Assembly (NCBI RefSeq): GCF_001194135.2
Contig: NC_068986.1
Coordinates: forward strand, 13,586,520-13,643,685
Direction of reading: 5' to 3'
DNA: 57,166 bases
Source: Octopus bimaculoides
Taxonomy: Eukaryota
A model generated the notes under the pieces. That model ran no database searches, was not told the origin of the DNA, and saw only the letters and a list, made by a program, of their open reading frames with translations. The position numbers were made by a program, and so were the translations under genes. Below, piece by piece: positions 24,968 to 39,087 of the stretch. The first letter of the stretch is position 1. The number at the start of each line of letters is the position of its first letter.

Positions 24968-25196
24968 GGCGGTGAGCTGGCAGAAACATTAGCACGCTGG
25001 ACGAAATGCTTAGCGGTATTTCATCTGCTGTTACGATCTGAGTTCAAATTCCGCCGAGGTTGACTTTGCCTTTCATCCTTTCGGGGTCGATAAATTAAGT
25101 ACCAGTTACGCACTGGGGTCGATGTAATCAACTTAATCCATTTGAATGTATTTGTTTGTTCCCTCTATGTCTAGCCCCTTGTGGGCAATAACGAAA
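24968..25196 (+). mobile_element. SINE family B inserted into a family A SINE
   Basis: ggcggtgagctggcagaa...gagttcaaattcc head; TAAGATG is duplicated at 24957-63 and 25197-203. Other family B copies near 14152, 14380, 20075, 20485(-), 30538, 34400(-) and 49100(-). Confidence 0.8.
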
Positions 25197-25339
25197 TAAG
25201 ATGCTTGCTTCCCAGCCACATGATTCTGGGTTCATTGCCACTGCATGGCACCTTGGGCAAGTGTCCTCTACTATAGCCTCAGGCCAACCAAGCCTTGTGA
25301 GTGGATTTGGTAGATGGAAACTGAAAGAAGCCCATTGTG

Positions 25340-25375
<36 letters not shown>

Positions 25376-25754
25376 TATATATATACACACACACATGTGT
25401 GTGTGTGTGTGTCTGTGTTTATCCCACCATCACCACTTAACAACCGGTGTTGGTGTGTTTACGTCCCCATAACTTAGATGTTCAGCAAAAGAGACCAATA
25501 GAATAAGTGCCAGGCTTAAAAAATAAATCCTGCAGTTGATTCATTCGGCTAAAAATTCAAGGCAGTGCTCCAGCATGGCTGCAGTCTAATGACTGAAACA
25601 AGTAAAAGAAAAAAAGGTGCAGGAATGTGTCTATATACATACATACATATATATATTTATATGTGTATGTATGTGTGTATATGTATGCATATATNNNNNN
25701 NNNNNNNNNNNNNNNNNNNNNNNNNNNNNNNNNNNNNNNNNNNNNNNNNNNNNN

Positions 25755-25797
<43 letters not shown>

Positions 25798-26288
25798 TAA
25801 TTTAAATTAATTTAGATTATTTTATATCAGTAAACAATATAAAATAATTTAAATTAATTTAAAGTAATGTTTATCCCAAATTAACAGGATTATTATGGAA
25901 TTAATTATGTTTACTCCCAATGAAACAGCTGCTGAACACAGCTTATGAGTTATCTGTCATATTTATACTTTTTTCCTTTTTATTCTAAATGCATATCACT
26001 CTTAAGGATAATTTCATTTGATTATTTATATTCAGGCAAACTTTTCCACCTGGATTTACAGCTATGCTATAAATGTATTGGAGTTTGATGACCTATTATA
26101 ATAATTGGTCCCTTGATTATTGTGGATATATTATCTGATATTCTATACATCAGCTCTTTAGACAGACTCACAGACACACATACATATGGAAAACAAACAT
26201 TAATTGATGATATACACGCATACACACACACATATATATGCATAAATATAGATATATATTCGAAAACTGAAGTACTGCAGTATTATTA

Positions 26289-26663
26289 ATAAATAATAAT
26301 AATATAAGTGGCTAGCAAGCATAAAAGCCAAAAGGGTAAATTTATAAATTTATAATTAAGGATACAAGATAGTATCAACGTTGCTAGAAATAATAGTAAA
26401 AAAATACTCAAATAAGCCACAATATCGCTCGATGTTATCAGTTTATTCTTTTTTTTTAATCTTTTATTTGTTTCTGTCATTTGATTGTGGCCATGCTGGG
26501 GCACCGCCTTTAGTCGAGCAAATCAACCCCAAGACTTATTCTTTGTAAGCCAAGTACTTATTCTATCGGTTTCTTTTGCCGAACCACTAAGTTACGGGGA
26601 CGTAAACACACTAGCATCAGTTGTCAAGCAATGTTGGTGGGGGAAAAACACAAACACACAAAC

Positions 26664-26694
<31 letters not shown>

Positions 26695-26976
26695 GCTTCT
26701 TTCAGTTTCCATGAACCAAATCCACTTATAGGGCTTTGGTCAGCCTTAGGTTTTAGGAGAAGACACTTGCCCAATGTACCATGCAGTGGGACTGAACCCA
26801 GAACTATGTCATTGGTAAGCAAGCTACTTACCACACAGCCACTCCTGGCTTATTTGAGTATTTTTTTACTCTTATTTCTAGCAACGCTGGTACTATCTTG
26901 TACCCTTAATTCTAAATTTATAAATTTACCCTTTTGGCTTTTATGCTTGCCAGCCACTTATATTATTATTATTTAT
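26289..26976. mobile_element. AT-rich foldback element (about 131-bp arms) interrupted by a SINE
   Basis: 26289-26419 and 26846-26976 are inverted copies; a minus-strand SINE occupies about 26450-26845. Confidence 0.7.
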
Positions 26977-27312
26977 CAATATGAATATCTTCATGTGTTT
27001 ATAATTATACACTTCTATCGTTTGAATTTGGCGCAAGTCTTTCAACGATTTTAACAAGCAAGACGAAGCAGTTATTAGTTTAACCCTAGGCAATGAGACC
27101 AATGGATGAGAACTAAGAGTAATATCTCAGAGTTCAAAATCACGTGATATAGGTATATCTGCCAATTCATTTGAGTCTTTCTCCCACAATGGTAGGTTGA
27201 CTTTTTACTCACTCCTTGATTTCACCAGCTTGTTAAATTTTAAATTTTCAATCATACATACATACACACAGCTGTATTCTCGTTACATGAGAAAAGCCAT
27301 TGCCAAAAAGAC

Positions 27313-27545
27313 TTACTGAAATGATTCCTGATTGTTGCCATGTGATGCCCTTATGTAACTTTTAAGCTTGGCCAAGCTTTTACACATTTTATTACATACT
27401 AGACAACTATGCTGGCTGGCAGGAGAAACAGGTGCCACCATATGCACTCTCTTAACATGTCTTTTTAGACCTCCAACTGAGAGGCACACCCTTCCACATT
27501 TTACACACGTTCTGTTATGAATTTTAATAGCCACATCATTGTTTA
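27313..27545 (-). mobile_element. Probable LINE 3' end with two C2H2-like fingers
   Basis: CVKCGRVCLSVGGLKRHVKRVH and CLVCNKMCKSLAKLKSYIRASH with no TGEKP linker; style matches RTE-type LINE ORF ends. Confidence 0.5.
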
Positions 27546-27816
27546 TCATGGGCCGATACATACATACATAGATATACTCATACATATATACATACATATA
27601 CATCTCCATCATTCTGTGCTGGTGTGCATCTTTTTGGACTTATCCATCCACACATGCATTCTTTTCTTTAATCTCTGTCTCTCTCTCTCTGTTCATCCGT
27701 TTTTGCATGCATAATTCTATTTGAATCTCTTCCTTTGTGTGTTTTTTCCTTCCATCTGATTGTCTACCTGCCTTTCTGCCGCACTGTGTGTGGGTGTGTC
27801 TGTGTTTATATATGTC

Positions 27817-27847
<31 letters not shown>

Positions 27848-28181
27848 TGATTTTGGAATTAGCTTAAAGTTTTATGCTTCACTTAGTTTGCCCTCTGACA
27901 TTTTCTAAATGTCTATTTATTTCACTGGTTAATCTTTCTAATACTGACATCCTAACTGAGGACTGAGGTACAGAAACCAGTAAAAAAAAAAAAATTAAAT
28001 AGATATATAAATAGATGCAGGTATGGCCGTGTGCTTGCTTCCCAACCACATGGTTCCAGGTTCAGTCCTACTGCGTCACACCTTGGGCAAGTGTCTTCTA
28101 CTATAACCTCAGGCCAACCAAAGCCTTGTGAGTGGATTTGGTAGGCGGAAAATGAAAGAAGCCTGTCGTATATATATATAT

Positions 28182-28216
<35 letters not shown>

Positions 28217-28789
28217 TAGAAATGTATATATTTATGTGTGTCTTTGTGTCTTCACCATGGCTTGACAACCAATGTTGATATGTTTACATCCCTGTAACTT
28301 AGCAGTTCGTCATAAGAGACCAATAGAATAAGTACCAGGCTTACAAAGAATAAGTCCTGGGGCTGGTTTCTTCAGCTAAATGAATAAAAGAACATACCTA
28401 TGTATATATGTGTCTCTATATGTGTGTGTGTGCGTGTGCATGCATGTGTTCCTATTTTTATTGTTCTTTAACATGAAACACCACTGTTTATGAAATTATA
28501 TTAAGAAAAATAACGAGACATTTAATTAAACAAAGGCATCTCCTCCTAATCCACTCTACATTAATTACAATTGTATAACAATACTCCTCCATAAGTTATC
28601 ACGTGGCATGGCTGCTGATTCTGAAGTGAAATCACTTCTAGCTGAAAGCAGATCCGCAAGGCTGAGTGAGAGAAGGTAATGACTTGAAATTTGATGCCCT
28701 TCGCTGAACACTAAAGTTCTTGTAAGTAAGTTAGCCTTGAGACTGTGCTTGAGAGCTGTGTACACAGATACAGTTAGATAGATGTAGGA

Positions 28790-28828
<39 letters not shown>

Positions 28829-28924
28829 CACACACATGCACTTACATTCATGCATGTGTATATGTGTATCTATGTATCTATCCATCCATCTGTCTGTCTA
28901 TCACTCTATTTATCTATCTGTGTC

Positions 28925-28975
<51 letters not shown>

Positions 28976-29999
28976 ACACACACACAGACACACTCACATG
29001 CATCTCTGTCTCTTTCTNNNNNNNNNNNNNNNNNNNNNNNNNNNNNNNNNNNNNNNNNNNNNNNNNNNNNNNNNNNNNNNNNNNNNNNNNNNNNNNNNNN
29101 NNNNNNNNNNNNNNNNNNNNNNNNNNNNNNNNNNNNNNNNNNNNNNNNNNNNNNNNNNNNNNNNNNNNNNNNNNNNNNNNNNNNNNNNNNNNNNNNNNNN
29201 NNNNNNNNNNNNNNNNNNNNNNNNNNNNNNNNNNNNNNNNNNNNNNNNNNNNNNNNNNNNNNNNNNNNNNNNNNNNNNNNNNNNNNNNNNNNNNNNNNNN
29301 NNNNNNNNNNNNNNNNNNNNNNNNNNNNNNNNNNNNNNNNNNNNNNNNNNNNNNNNNNNNNNNNNNNNNNNNNNNNNNNNNNNNNNNNNNNNNNNNNNNN
29401 NNNNNNNNNNNNNNNNNNNNNNNNNNNNNNNNNNNNNNNNNNNNNNNNNNNNNNNNNNNNNNNNNNNNNNNNNNNNNNNNNNNNNNNNNNNNNNNNNNNN
29501 NNNNNNNNNNNNNNNNNNNNNNNNNNNNNNNNNNNNNNNNNNNNNNNNNNNNNNNNNNNNNNNNNNNNNNNNNNNNNNNNNNNNNNNNNNNNNNNNNNNN
29601 NNNNNNNNNNNNNNNNNNNNNNNNNNNNNNNNNNNNNNNNNNNNNNNNNNNNNNNNNNNNNNNNNNNNNNNNNNNNNNNNNNNNNNNNNNNNNNNNNNNN
29701 NNNNNNNNNNNNNNNNNNNNNNNNNNNNNNNNNNNNNNNNNNNNNNNNNNNNNNNNNNNNNNNNNNNNNNNNNNNNNNNNNNNNNNNNNNNNNNNNNNNN
29801 NNNNNNNNNNNNNNNNNNNNNNNNNNNNNNNNNNNNNNNNNNNNNNNNNNNNNNNNNNNNNNNNNNNNNNNNNNNNNNNNNNNNNNNNNNNNNNNNNNNN
29901 NNNNNNNNNNNNNNNNNNNNNNNNNNNNNNNNNNNNNNNNNNNNNNNNNNNNNNNNNNNNNNNNNNNNNNNNNNNNNNNNNNNNNNNNNNNNNNNNNNN

Positions 30000-30034
<35 letters not shown>

Positions 30035-33000
30035 GCACAATACACTCTCTGAGTGGTTGGCATTAGGAAGAGCATCCAGCTGTAGAAACTCTGCCAAATT
30101 TAGATTGGAGCCTGGTGTTGCCATCCAGTTTCACCAGTCCTCAGTCAAGTCGTCCAACCCATGCTAGCATGGAAAGCGGACGTTAAACGATGATGATGAT
30201 GATGATGAATAGCAGCTATAATATAAGCATCAATAAGAACAAGTGTATTGAAATATCTATTATAGAAGATCAACAACATGTTGAGTCTAGATATTTTACA
30301 CATATTTAGATATGTCTAATATCTATCTTTTGTAAAAATTTCAAGTGGATGGATTAAATATTTTGTAAGTTATGAGGAAATATATAAATAATCTTCCAAA
30401 CCGCATATATAGATGTGTGTGAGTGTGTGTGTGTGTGTGTGTGTTCTCCACTACCACTTGACAACTGGTGTTGTTTTATTTATGTCCTTGTAACTTTGGG
30501 GGTGGGGGACATAAACTTACTGAAAGAAACTATGTTAAGGCGGTGAGCTGGCAGAAACGTTAGCATACCGGACGAAATGCTTAGTGGTATTTTGTCTACT
30601 GTTACGTTCTGAGTTCAAATTCTGCGGACGTCGACTTTGCCTTTCATTCTTTCGGAGTCGATTAAATGAGTACCAGTTACGCACTGGTGTCGATCTAATT
30701 CGACTTAATCCTTTTGTCTGTCCTTTTTCGTCCCCTCTATGTTTAGCCCCTTGTGGGCAATAAAGAAATAGGAAACTGATATGATAGGTATCAGGCTGAA
30801 AAAAGACAAGTATTTATGTTCGATTTGTTCCACCAAAATTTCTTCAAGGTGGTGCCCCAGCATGGCCACAGTCTAAGGAATGAAATAAGCGACAGAATAA
30901 AAGATACATAAACACTTAGAAACTAAATCATCCATATATAAAACCAAGCATACTTACACACATACATTCATACACATACTTACACATACACACACATACA
31001 TGCACACACATACATGCACACATACATACACACTACATACACACACACACATACACACACACGTACATGCACACATAAACACATACATNNNNNNNNNNNN
31101 NNNNNNNNNNNNNNNNNNNNNNNNNNNNNNNNNNNNNNNNNNNNNNNNNNNNNNNNNNNNNNNNNNNNNNNNNNNNNNNNNNNNNNNNNNNNNNNNNNNN
31201 NNNNNNNNNNNNNNNNNNNNNNNNNNNNNNNNNNNNNNNNNNNNNNNNNNNNNNNNNNNNNNNNNNNNNNNNNNNNNNNNNNNNNNNNNNNNNNNNNNNN
31301 NNNNNNNNNNNNNNNNNNNNNNNNNNNNNNNNNNNNNNNNNNNNNNNNNNNNNNNNNNNNNNNNNNNNNNNNNNNNNNNNNNNNNNNNNNNNNNNNNNNN
31401 NNNNNNNNNNNNNNNNNNNNNNNNNNNNNNNNNNNNNNNNNNNNNNNNNNNNNNNNNNNNNNNNNNNNNNNNNNNNNNNNNNNNNNNNNNNNNNNNNNNN
31501 NNNNNNNNNNNNNNNNNNNNNNNNNNNNNNNNNNNNNNNNNNNNNNNNNNNNNNNNNNNNNNNNNNNNNNNNNNNNNNNNNNNNNNNNNNNNNNNNNNNN
31601 NNNNNNNNNNNNNNNNNNNNNNNNNNNNNNNNNNNNNNNNNNNNNNNNNNNNNNNNNNNNNNNNNNNNNNNNNNNNNNNNNNNNNNNNNNNNNNNNNNNN
31701 NNNNNNNNNNNNNNNNNNNNNATATATATACATATATATGACGGGCTTCTTTCAGTTTCCATCTACCAGATCCACTCACAAGGCTTTGGTCGGCCCAAGG
31801 CTATAGTAGAAGACACTTGCCCAAGGTGCCATGCAGTGGGACTGAACCGAGAACCATGTGGTTGGGTAGCAAGCTTCTCACCACACAGCCATGTCTGCAC
31901 CTGAGTTTTTGGTGAAAATATGGGTTAGCTGTAGAGCATATAGGCCTTGGTTGGAATAGAATGGAACAATACGTGAGAAAAGTTTTATTTAATGTGTAGA
32001 AGGCAGAGTTTGCTCTAAAGCAGGCAGAGGTAGCTAAGGCTTTCGCCCTCAGTGTGTGTCTGCATTGTGTAATATGATTAGGTTAATCCTAAGATAAGCA
32101 TATTATTTTGTACACACACACACATAGAAAACCGTGATAAACCAAAACATTGATGTCTTTTGGTTTTGTAACTTTTGAACAATTGTTGGATATGTTTTGT
32201 ATGATACAAACAGACATAAATTGTGTGTGTGTATACTAACACACACATACACACTCATACAAAATACACACACACCCACAAATATGTATATATGTATATG
32301 CGTCTGTGTGTGTGTGTGTATCATGATCATCATGATCATCATTTAACGTCCACTTTCCATGCTGGCATGGGTTGGACGGTTTGACTGAAGACTGGTGAGC
32401 CAGAAGGCTGCACCAGGCTCCAATCTGATTTGGTAAAGTTTCTACAGCTGGATGCCCTTCCTAATACCAACCACTCTAAGAGTATTGTGGGTGCTTTTTA
32501 CGTGTCACTGGCACAAGGGCCAGTCAGGTGGTACCATGCTTGAATGGTACTTTTTATGTGCCGCCGGTGCAGGAGTGCGTGTATGTATGTATGTATAAAT
32601 ATATATTTACATAAATTTTCTTTTATACGTTTCAGCCCTAAGGCTGTGGCCATGCTGGAGCAATGCATAAATATATATATGTAAGCCTAAAGACCTAACA
32701 AACCTTTTCCTTTTTCTGTTCCTTTTTTCTCCTGTCAACCTGCAATCGTCTGTTAATATTCCTCTGTTGTACTCTTTCACCCCAACTTCCTCTCACTCTT
32801 TCTTCCTGTTTCTTGAGCAATGCTGTGATGGAATAGCATCCCGTCCAGCTGTGGGGGAACACATATGCCATAGAAACCGGGAAACTGGGCCCATGAGCCT
32901 GGCTAGGCTTGAAAAGGGCACATAAAAAAAAATATATATATATGTTTCTGTGTGTGTGTGTCCTACCATTGCTTGACAACCAATGTTGGTGTATTTATGT

Positions 33001-33489
33001 CCACGTAACTCAGCAGTTTGGCAAAAGAGACTGATAGAATAAGTACTGAGCTTACAAAGAATGGGTGATGGGAGGAGGTGTTTGGTGTTAAGGGTGGTTG
33101 TTGTTCAGCCCTAGGCCAGCCTTGCTTGAGTAGACTAATGATCAAAGACAATCATGTCAAGGCCATCCCTGCTTGTTTTTTTTACGTGAAGCTAAGACAA
33201 TATTATCCAATGTATCCTTCCATTTCACAAGACGGTAGGATGTAGTGGTGATGGTACTGCTGATGATGGTGATGGTGGAGATAGGGTGGAGGTGGTGATG
33301 ATGGTGGGAGTGGAGATGGAGGTGTGGCGATGGTGATGTGAATTTTGGGTGGATGGGTGTGATGATGTTTGGTGATGAGGATGTTGACTTCTGTGTAACT
33401 TTTGAAGAACAACAACAAGGAGAAAATCCCAAAATAGCAAAACCAACAACAACAACAACAACATGATAATCAAATAGATAGAAATCAAT

Positions 33490-33964
33490 AGAGAGGGGAG
33501 GAGAAAAGAGAGAGAAAGAGAAATAGAGTGAGAGATAGAGAGTGAGAAAGAGAGAGAGAGAAACAGTGAGATACAGGGGGGGAGAAGAGAAACAGTGAGA
33601 TAGAGGGGGGGAGAAGAGAAACAGTGAGAAAGAAAGAGAGTAAGAGAGAGAAAGAGACAAAGAGTGAGTGAGAGAATGAGAAAGAGAGAAACAGTGACAG
33701 AGAGAGAGAGAGAGAGGGGAAAGAGAAAGAGAGAGTGAGAGAGAAAAAGAGAGTAAGAGAGAAAGTGAGAGAGAGAGAAAGAGAGAGAGGAAAAAAGAGA
33801 AACAGAGTGGGAAAGAGTGAGAAAGAGAGAAAGAGAGAGAGTGAGAGAGAAAAAGAGAAAGAGAGAGAGGAAAAAAGAGAAACAGAGTGGGGAAAGAGTG
33901 AGGAAGAGAAAGAGTGAGAGAGAGAGAAAGATAGTGAGAGAGTAAAAGAGAGAGGAAAAAAGAG

Positions 33965-34006
<42 letters not shown>
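33490..34006. repeat. Purine-rich (GA)-derived compound repeat
   Basis: Almost entirely A/G on the plus strand. Confidence 0.9.
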
Positions 34007-34008
<2 letters not shown>

Positions 34009-35255
34009 GAGGTGGTAAATTGTAAAAGAAAATTGCTAAATATTTAAGGTGTGTGTTTGCCTGCATCAGGCTTTGTGCCATTGTGCACAGAATCTGGTGT
34101 CGATCGATGCAGAAGCTCAAACTATAATGAAGATAATGTTATCAACACATCATTGCCAACTGCTGCTCTTGCTGCTGTTGAAATGAACAGCAACAACTGC
34201 TGCATCTGCAATGGATCGTATTCACCATCACTGTAACAGTGATGATGATGATGGTGATGATGATAATCCTCCTCCTCCTCCTCCTCCTCTCCACCCTCTT
34301 CAGTATCAGACGTTATAGTTCCACCAACGATTCACAGTTGAATCTTTGGTGGAACCATGATGCTGTGTTGATCTGATGATTTGTACTCGTTCCTACTCTA
34401 GGCACAAGGCCTGAAATTTTTTGGGGAGGGGGCCAGTCAATTAGAGTGACCCCAGTATGCGACTGGTAGTCAATTTATTGACCCCTCAAAAGGATGAACG
34501 GCAAAGTCAACCTCGGTGGAATTTGAACTCAGAACATAAAGACAGACAAAATACTGCTTAGCATATTTGTACTATAATATTCTTATAACGCCAACCACTC
34601 TGAGAGTGCAGTGGGTGCTTTATACGTGCCACCGACACGGGGGTGGTGGGCAGTCAGGCGGCACTGGCAACAGCCATGTTCAGATAGTGCTTTTTACATA
34701 CCAGCAGCATGGGGAGAAAGCAGGGGCAGTGGGATTGATGGGGCTGGCGTCGGCCACTTCGGTTGGTGCTTTTNNNNNNNNNNNNNNNNNNNNNNNNNNN
34801 NNNNNNNNNNNNNNNNNNNNNNNNNNNNNNNNNNNNNNNNNNNNNNNNNNNNNNNNNNNNNNNNNNNNNNNNNNNNNNNNNNNNNNNNNNNNNNNNNNNN
34901 NNNNNNNNNNNNNNNNNNNNNNNNNNNNNNNNNNNNNNNNNNNNNNNNNNNNNNNNNNNNNNNNNNNNNNNNNNNNNNNNNNNNNNNNNNNNNNNNNNNN
35001 NNNNNNNNNNNNNNNNNNNNNNNNNNNNNNNNNNNNNNNNNNNNNNNNNNNNNNNNNNNNNNNNNNNNNNNNNNNNNNNNNNNNNNNNNNNNAGCTGTAG
35101 CTTTTACCAGTGTCGCATAACCAGCCCATTTAAAAGTACCTTTGAATCATCAAGCGACACACTGTGCTTGAGGAGACCTACTGAGTCAAGTAAAATCAAA
35201 GTCAATTTGAATATGTAAACATAATTTTATTCCACGCTAAAATTATTAATACACA

Positions 35256-35306
<51 letters not shown>

Positions 35307-35686
35307 CATGCTTGCATACAAATGTATGTCTGTATGACGAGTTTCTTTCAGTTTCTGTCTGCATGTCTTTGGTAAGCCCTGGGCTATAGTAGATGATACT
35401 TGCCCAATGTGCTGTGCAGAGGGAGTGAACCCAGAACCATGTGGTTGAAAAGCGAACCGCTTAATCACATAGCCATGCCTGTGCCTACACACTCATACAT
35501 GTGCACATGCTCTTGCACACATATATATATATGCACATTGGTATGCACGCAAATGCACATAAAATTATTGACCCGTTAAGTATGTTAACATCCTCCTGTA
35601 CTTCGCGATACATCTACAGCTATGTTTGTTAACAGTTGATAATGGGGATAGGCCAATGACCTTATGACAAGGTTGATAATAATAAC

Positions 35687-35724
<38 letters not shown>

Positions 35725-37053
35725 TGACGGTGTTGGTGACGGTGTATGGGTGGAAATATTTCTGTCATGTCAATATATAAAACTGAAATTTGACTCCTAT
35801 TCTGATAATGACGGCAATGATGGTTCAGATCAGGAATGCTAGTGGTGATGGCAGTGATGGTGCGGTGGATGTGCAGAATTGGTGCAGTGGTGGTTGGTGG
35901 TGATAGGGGTGCAGTAAAGGCAGAATGGTGTTGATGGCGGTGGTACAGAAGTAGTGCAGTGGAGGTGCAGCTGCAGCAGTGGTGATGGTCGTAACAAACT
36001 TAATAATATGTCAGCGACACTTTTGAAACTGATAATGATGGTTTTGGTAGATATTATCTTTTACCNNNNNNNNNNNNNNNNNNNNNNNNNNNNNNNNNNN
36101 NNNNNNNNNNNNNNNNNACTTCAACCCTAATTGACATTAAATGTTCCAGCCTTGAGTCTCCCGTCTTTTTTTTCTCATTAAACATTATCTTTCAACAACT
36201 ACCATATTTGATAGCATATAAAACATTTTTTCATTTCAAAAACTGTCTCCAAAGACCAATAATATCTCCAACACCACCACCACCATCATTACCACTACAT
36301 CTTCAACACCACCACTACCACCACCACCATCATCATCATCACCACCGCCATTACCACCTCTTCAACCATACCACAATTACCATCATCGTCATTATCACCA
36401 TCATGAAGTGAGACTTTACATTTGTTGTTACACCTGTTAGAAATAGCAACTAAATTTCTCACATTGGTCCCTGGCTTCCCGGTCCTCAGTCAAACCGTCC
36501 AACCCATGCCAGCATGGAAAGCGGATGTCAAACGATGATGATGATATATATTAATATGTACACTTTCTCCTTGACTTATGACTAAGTTCCGTTCTGAGTG
36601 ACAGATTGTAAGTCGATCTGGTCGTGTGTCAGATTTATACTTTTCAACACTGTTTTCATTCAAACACAACTGATGATTGAAAGTGAAAGACGGTGGCAGG
36701 CAGTGGATGCCTGGGTCTGAGGGGAGGGGCCTGCCTTGCCGGATGCTGCCATAGTTATCCCATTCACAGCTGCCCAGTATCTGAAAAAAATCAATGTTTC
36801 ATTTGTGTTTGTCCTCAACCATCACTTGACAGCTGGTGTTGGTAGGTTTATGTCCCTGTAACTTAGCAGTTCAGCTGAAGAGACCGATAGAATAAGTATC
36901 AGACAAAAAAAAAAAAAAATTAAGAAAGAAATATTTGCTGGGATCAATTTGTTTCACTAAAATTCTTCAAGGCATTACACCAGTATGGTTGCAATCTAAT
37001 GACTGAAACCGGTAAAACATGGAAGATATATTTGACAATCGTTGGCAAATATA

Positions 37054-38127
37054 TTTCTCTCTTTCTTTTCCTTCCTTCCTTTCCTTGATTTCTTCTTTCA
37101 TTTATTCCTTCCTTCTTTCCTTCCTTTTTCTTTTCTTTCTTCCTTCCTGCCTTCCTTCCTTTATTTCTTTCCTTCATTCCTTCCTTTCCTTCCTTCCTTC
37201 ATTTATTTTCCTTCCTACCTTCCTTCCTTTATTTTCTTTTCTTTCTTTATTTTTTCCTTCCTTCCTTCCTTCCTTTATTTATTTTCCTTCCTTCCTTCAT
37301 TTATTTTCCTTCCTACCTTCCTTCTTTTATTTTCTTTTCTTTCTTTATTTTTTCCTTCCTTCCTTCCTTCCTTTATTTATTTTCCTTCCTTCCTTTATTT
37401 ATTTTCCTTCCTTCCTTCATTTATTTTCCTTCCTACCTTCCTTCCTTTATTAATTCCTTCCTTCCTTTATTTTCTTTTCTTTATTTATTTTTTTCCTTCT
37501 TTTATTTATTTTCCTTCCTCCCTTTATTTATTTTCCTTCCTTCCTTCATTTATTTTCCTTCCTACCTTCCTTCCTTTATTAATTCTTTCCTTCCTTTATT
37601 TTCTTTTCTTTCTTTATTTTTTCCTTTCTTCCTTCCTTCCTTTATTTTCCTTCCTTCCTTCATTTATTTTCCTTCCTACCTTCCTTCCTTTATTAATTCC
37701 TTCCTTCCTTTCTTTTCTTTTCTTTATTTATTTTTTCCTTTCTTCCTTCCTTCCTTTATTTATTTTCCTTCCTTCCTTTATTTATTTTCCTTCCTTCCTT
37801 CATTTATTTTCCTTCCTACCTTCCTTCCTTTATTAATTCCTTCCTTTATTAATTCCTTCCTTCCTTTATTTTATTTTCTTTCTTTATTTTTTCCTTTCTT
37901 CCTTTATTTATTTTCCTTCCTACCTTCCTTCCTTTATTAATTCCTTCCTTCCTTTATTTTCCTTCCTTCCTTCATTTATTTTCCTTCCTACCTTCCTTCC
38001 TTTATTAATTCCTTCCTTCCTTTATTTTCTTTTCTTTCTTTATTTTTTTCCTTCCTTCCTTCTCCTTCCTTCCTTTATTTATTTTCCTTTCTTCCTTTAT
38101 TTATTTTCCTTCCTTCCTTCCTTCCTA
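37054..38127. repeat. About 1-kb pyrimidine-rich compound satellite (TTCC/TTTA)
   Basis: Recurring blocks such as ttccttcatttattttccttcctaccttccttcctttattaatt; ends about 100 bp before exon C. Confidence 0.9.
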
Positions 38128-38225
38128 TTGATCAAATATACGGTGATCACAATTGCAAATTTTGTTGTTCTTTTCCATTGCATTCTTAATATATAATTCA
38201 GGAATTTAACTTCTTTCTCTTTCAG

Positions 38226-39087
38226 GTCCCTGAAAAGATCACTGATTACCTTCCAAAGGTGTCTGATAAATATGGAGATCCCGGATTACAACTGAAAAGG
38301 GAAAAGAATTTGGAGAACGAAGCTGTGTTTGGCACCCAGTCTTCCGTTCGCTCAAGAAACTTGTACAACAACGACAGCGACAAAAATACTGAACCAAACA
38401 ATTACATCAATGAGACAAACCCACAGACAGAAAAATCGTTATCTTCCAAGCGAATCATTGAAACACCTGAACCATTAGAGCAATCACCAGAAGAGCTTTC
38501 TCCTCCACCATTATTGTCTTCACCACCGTTATCTTCACCAGAGCTGTTCTCATCACCAGCACCAGTACCGGAATCGGTTGAGCCCCAAGTGCCTTTGAGA
38601 AGGTTCAAGCCTCCACATTTACGTAAAGGAGCAAACAAGAATAACACCGAAAATGCCCTTGACGAGAACGTCGACAAAAACTGGCAAAACAGCCTGAACG
38701 AACTGAATACAAGAATAAGCCGAAAGGGTACCTCAAATGGAAATTTGACTGAATCTTCTAAAGGTCCAAGAATTTTGAGAACGAAATCAAGTATTGAAAG
38801 ACAAATTTATAAGAATTTGGTAGAACCGGAAGCATTGAATGAAAAGGAATTGTCAAAGACAGAAGATGACTCTTCTGTAAATGACAAAAGTGAAAATCTT
38901 TTCATTGAAGATTACAAAAAACCAAAATCAATTTCTGAAAGTAATTATTCCTTTGATGTAAAATCTGTTCTTCGAAAGGTTCCCGAGAATGCAAAAGAAA
39001 AGTCTCCAAGAGATAACAGTTTGTCTCTGAAAGCACCATTATTTAAGAATCTAGAATCAAGGCGATCGACTTCTTTTGTTCATCTTG
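38226..39087 (+). CDS. Exon C (862 bp, S/E/K/P-rich)
   Basis: ttctctttcag|GTC acceptor and CTTG|gtaaat donor; phase 0 to 1. Stop-free, VPEKITDYLPKVSDKYGDPG...RRSTSFVHL; overlaps the 278-aa ORF 38259-39095. Confidence 0.85.

Noticed and set aside
37019-37836. Hydrophobic F/L/P/S ORFs resembling membrane proteins
   Set aside because: Translation of the TTCC/TTTA satellite.
38402-38677. Antisense ORFs over exons C, D and G (38402-38677, 39793-40461, 46571-47635)
   Set aside because: Shadow frames of low-complexity plus-strand coding sequence with no splice support.
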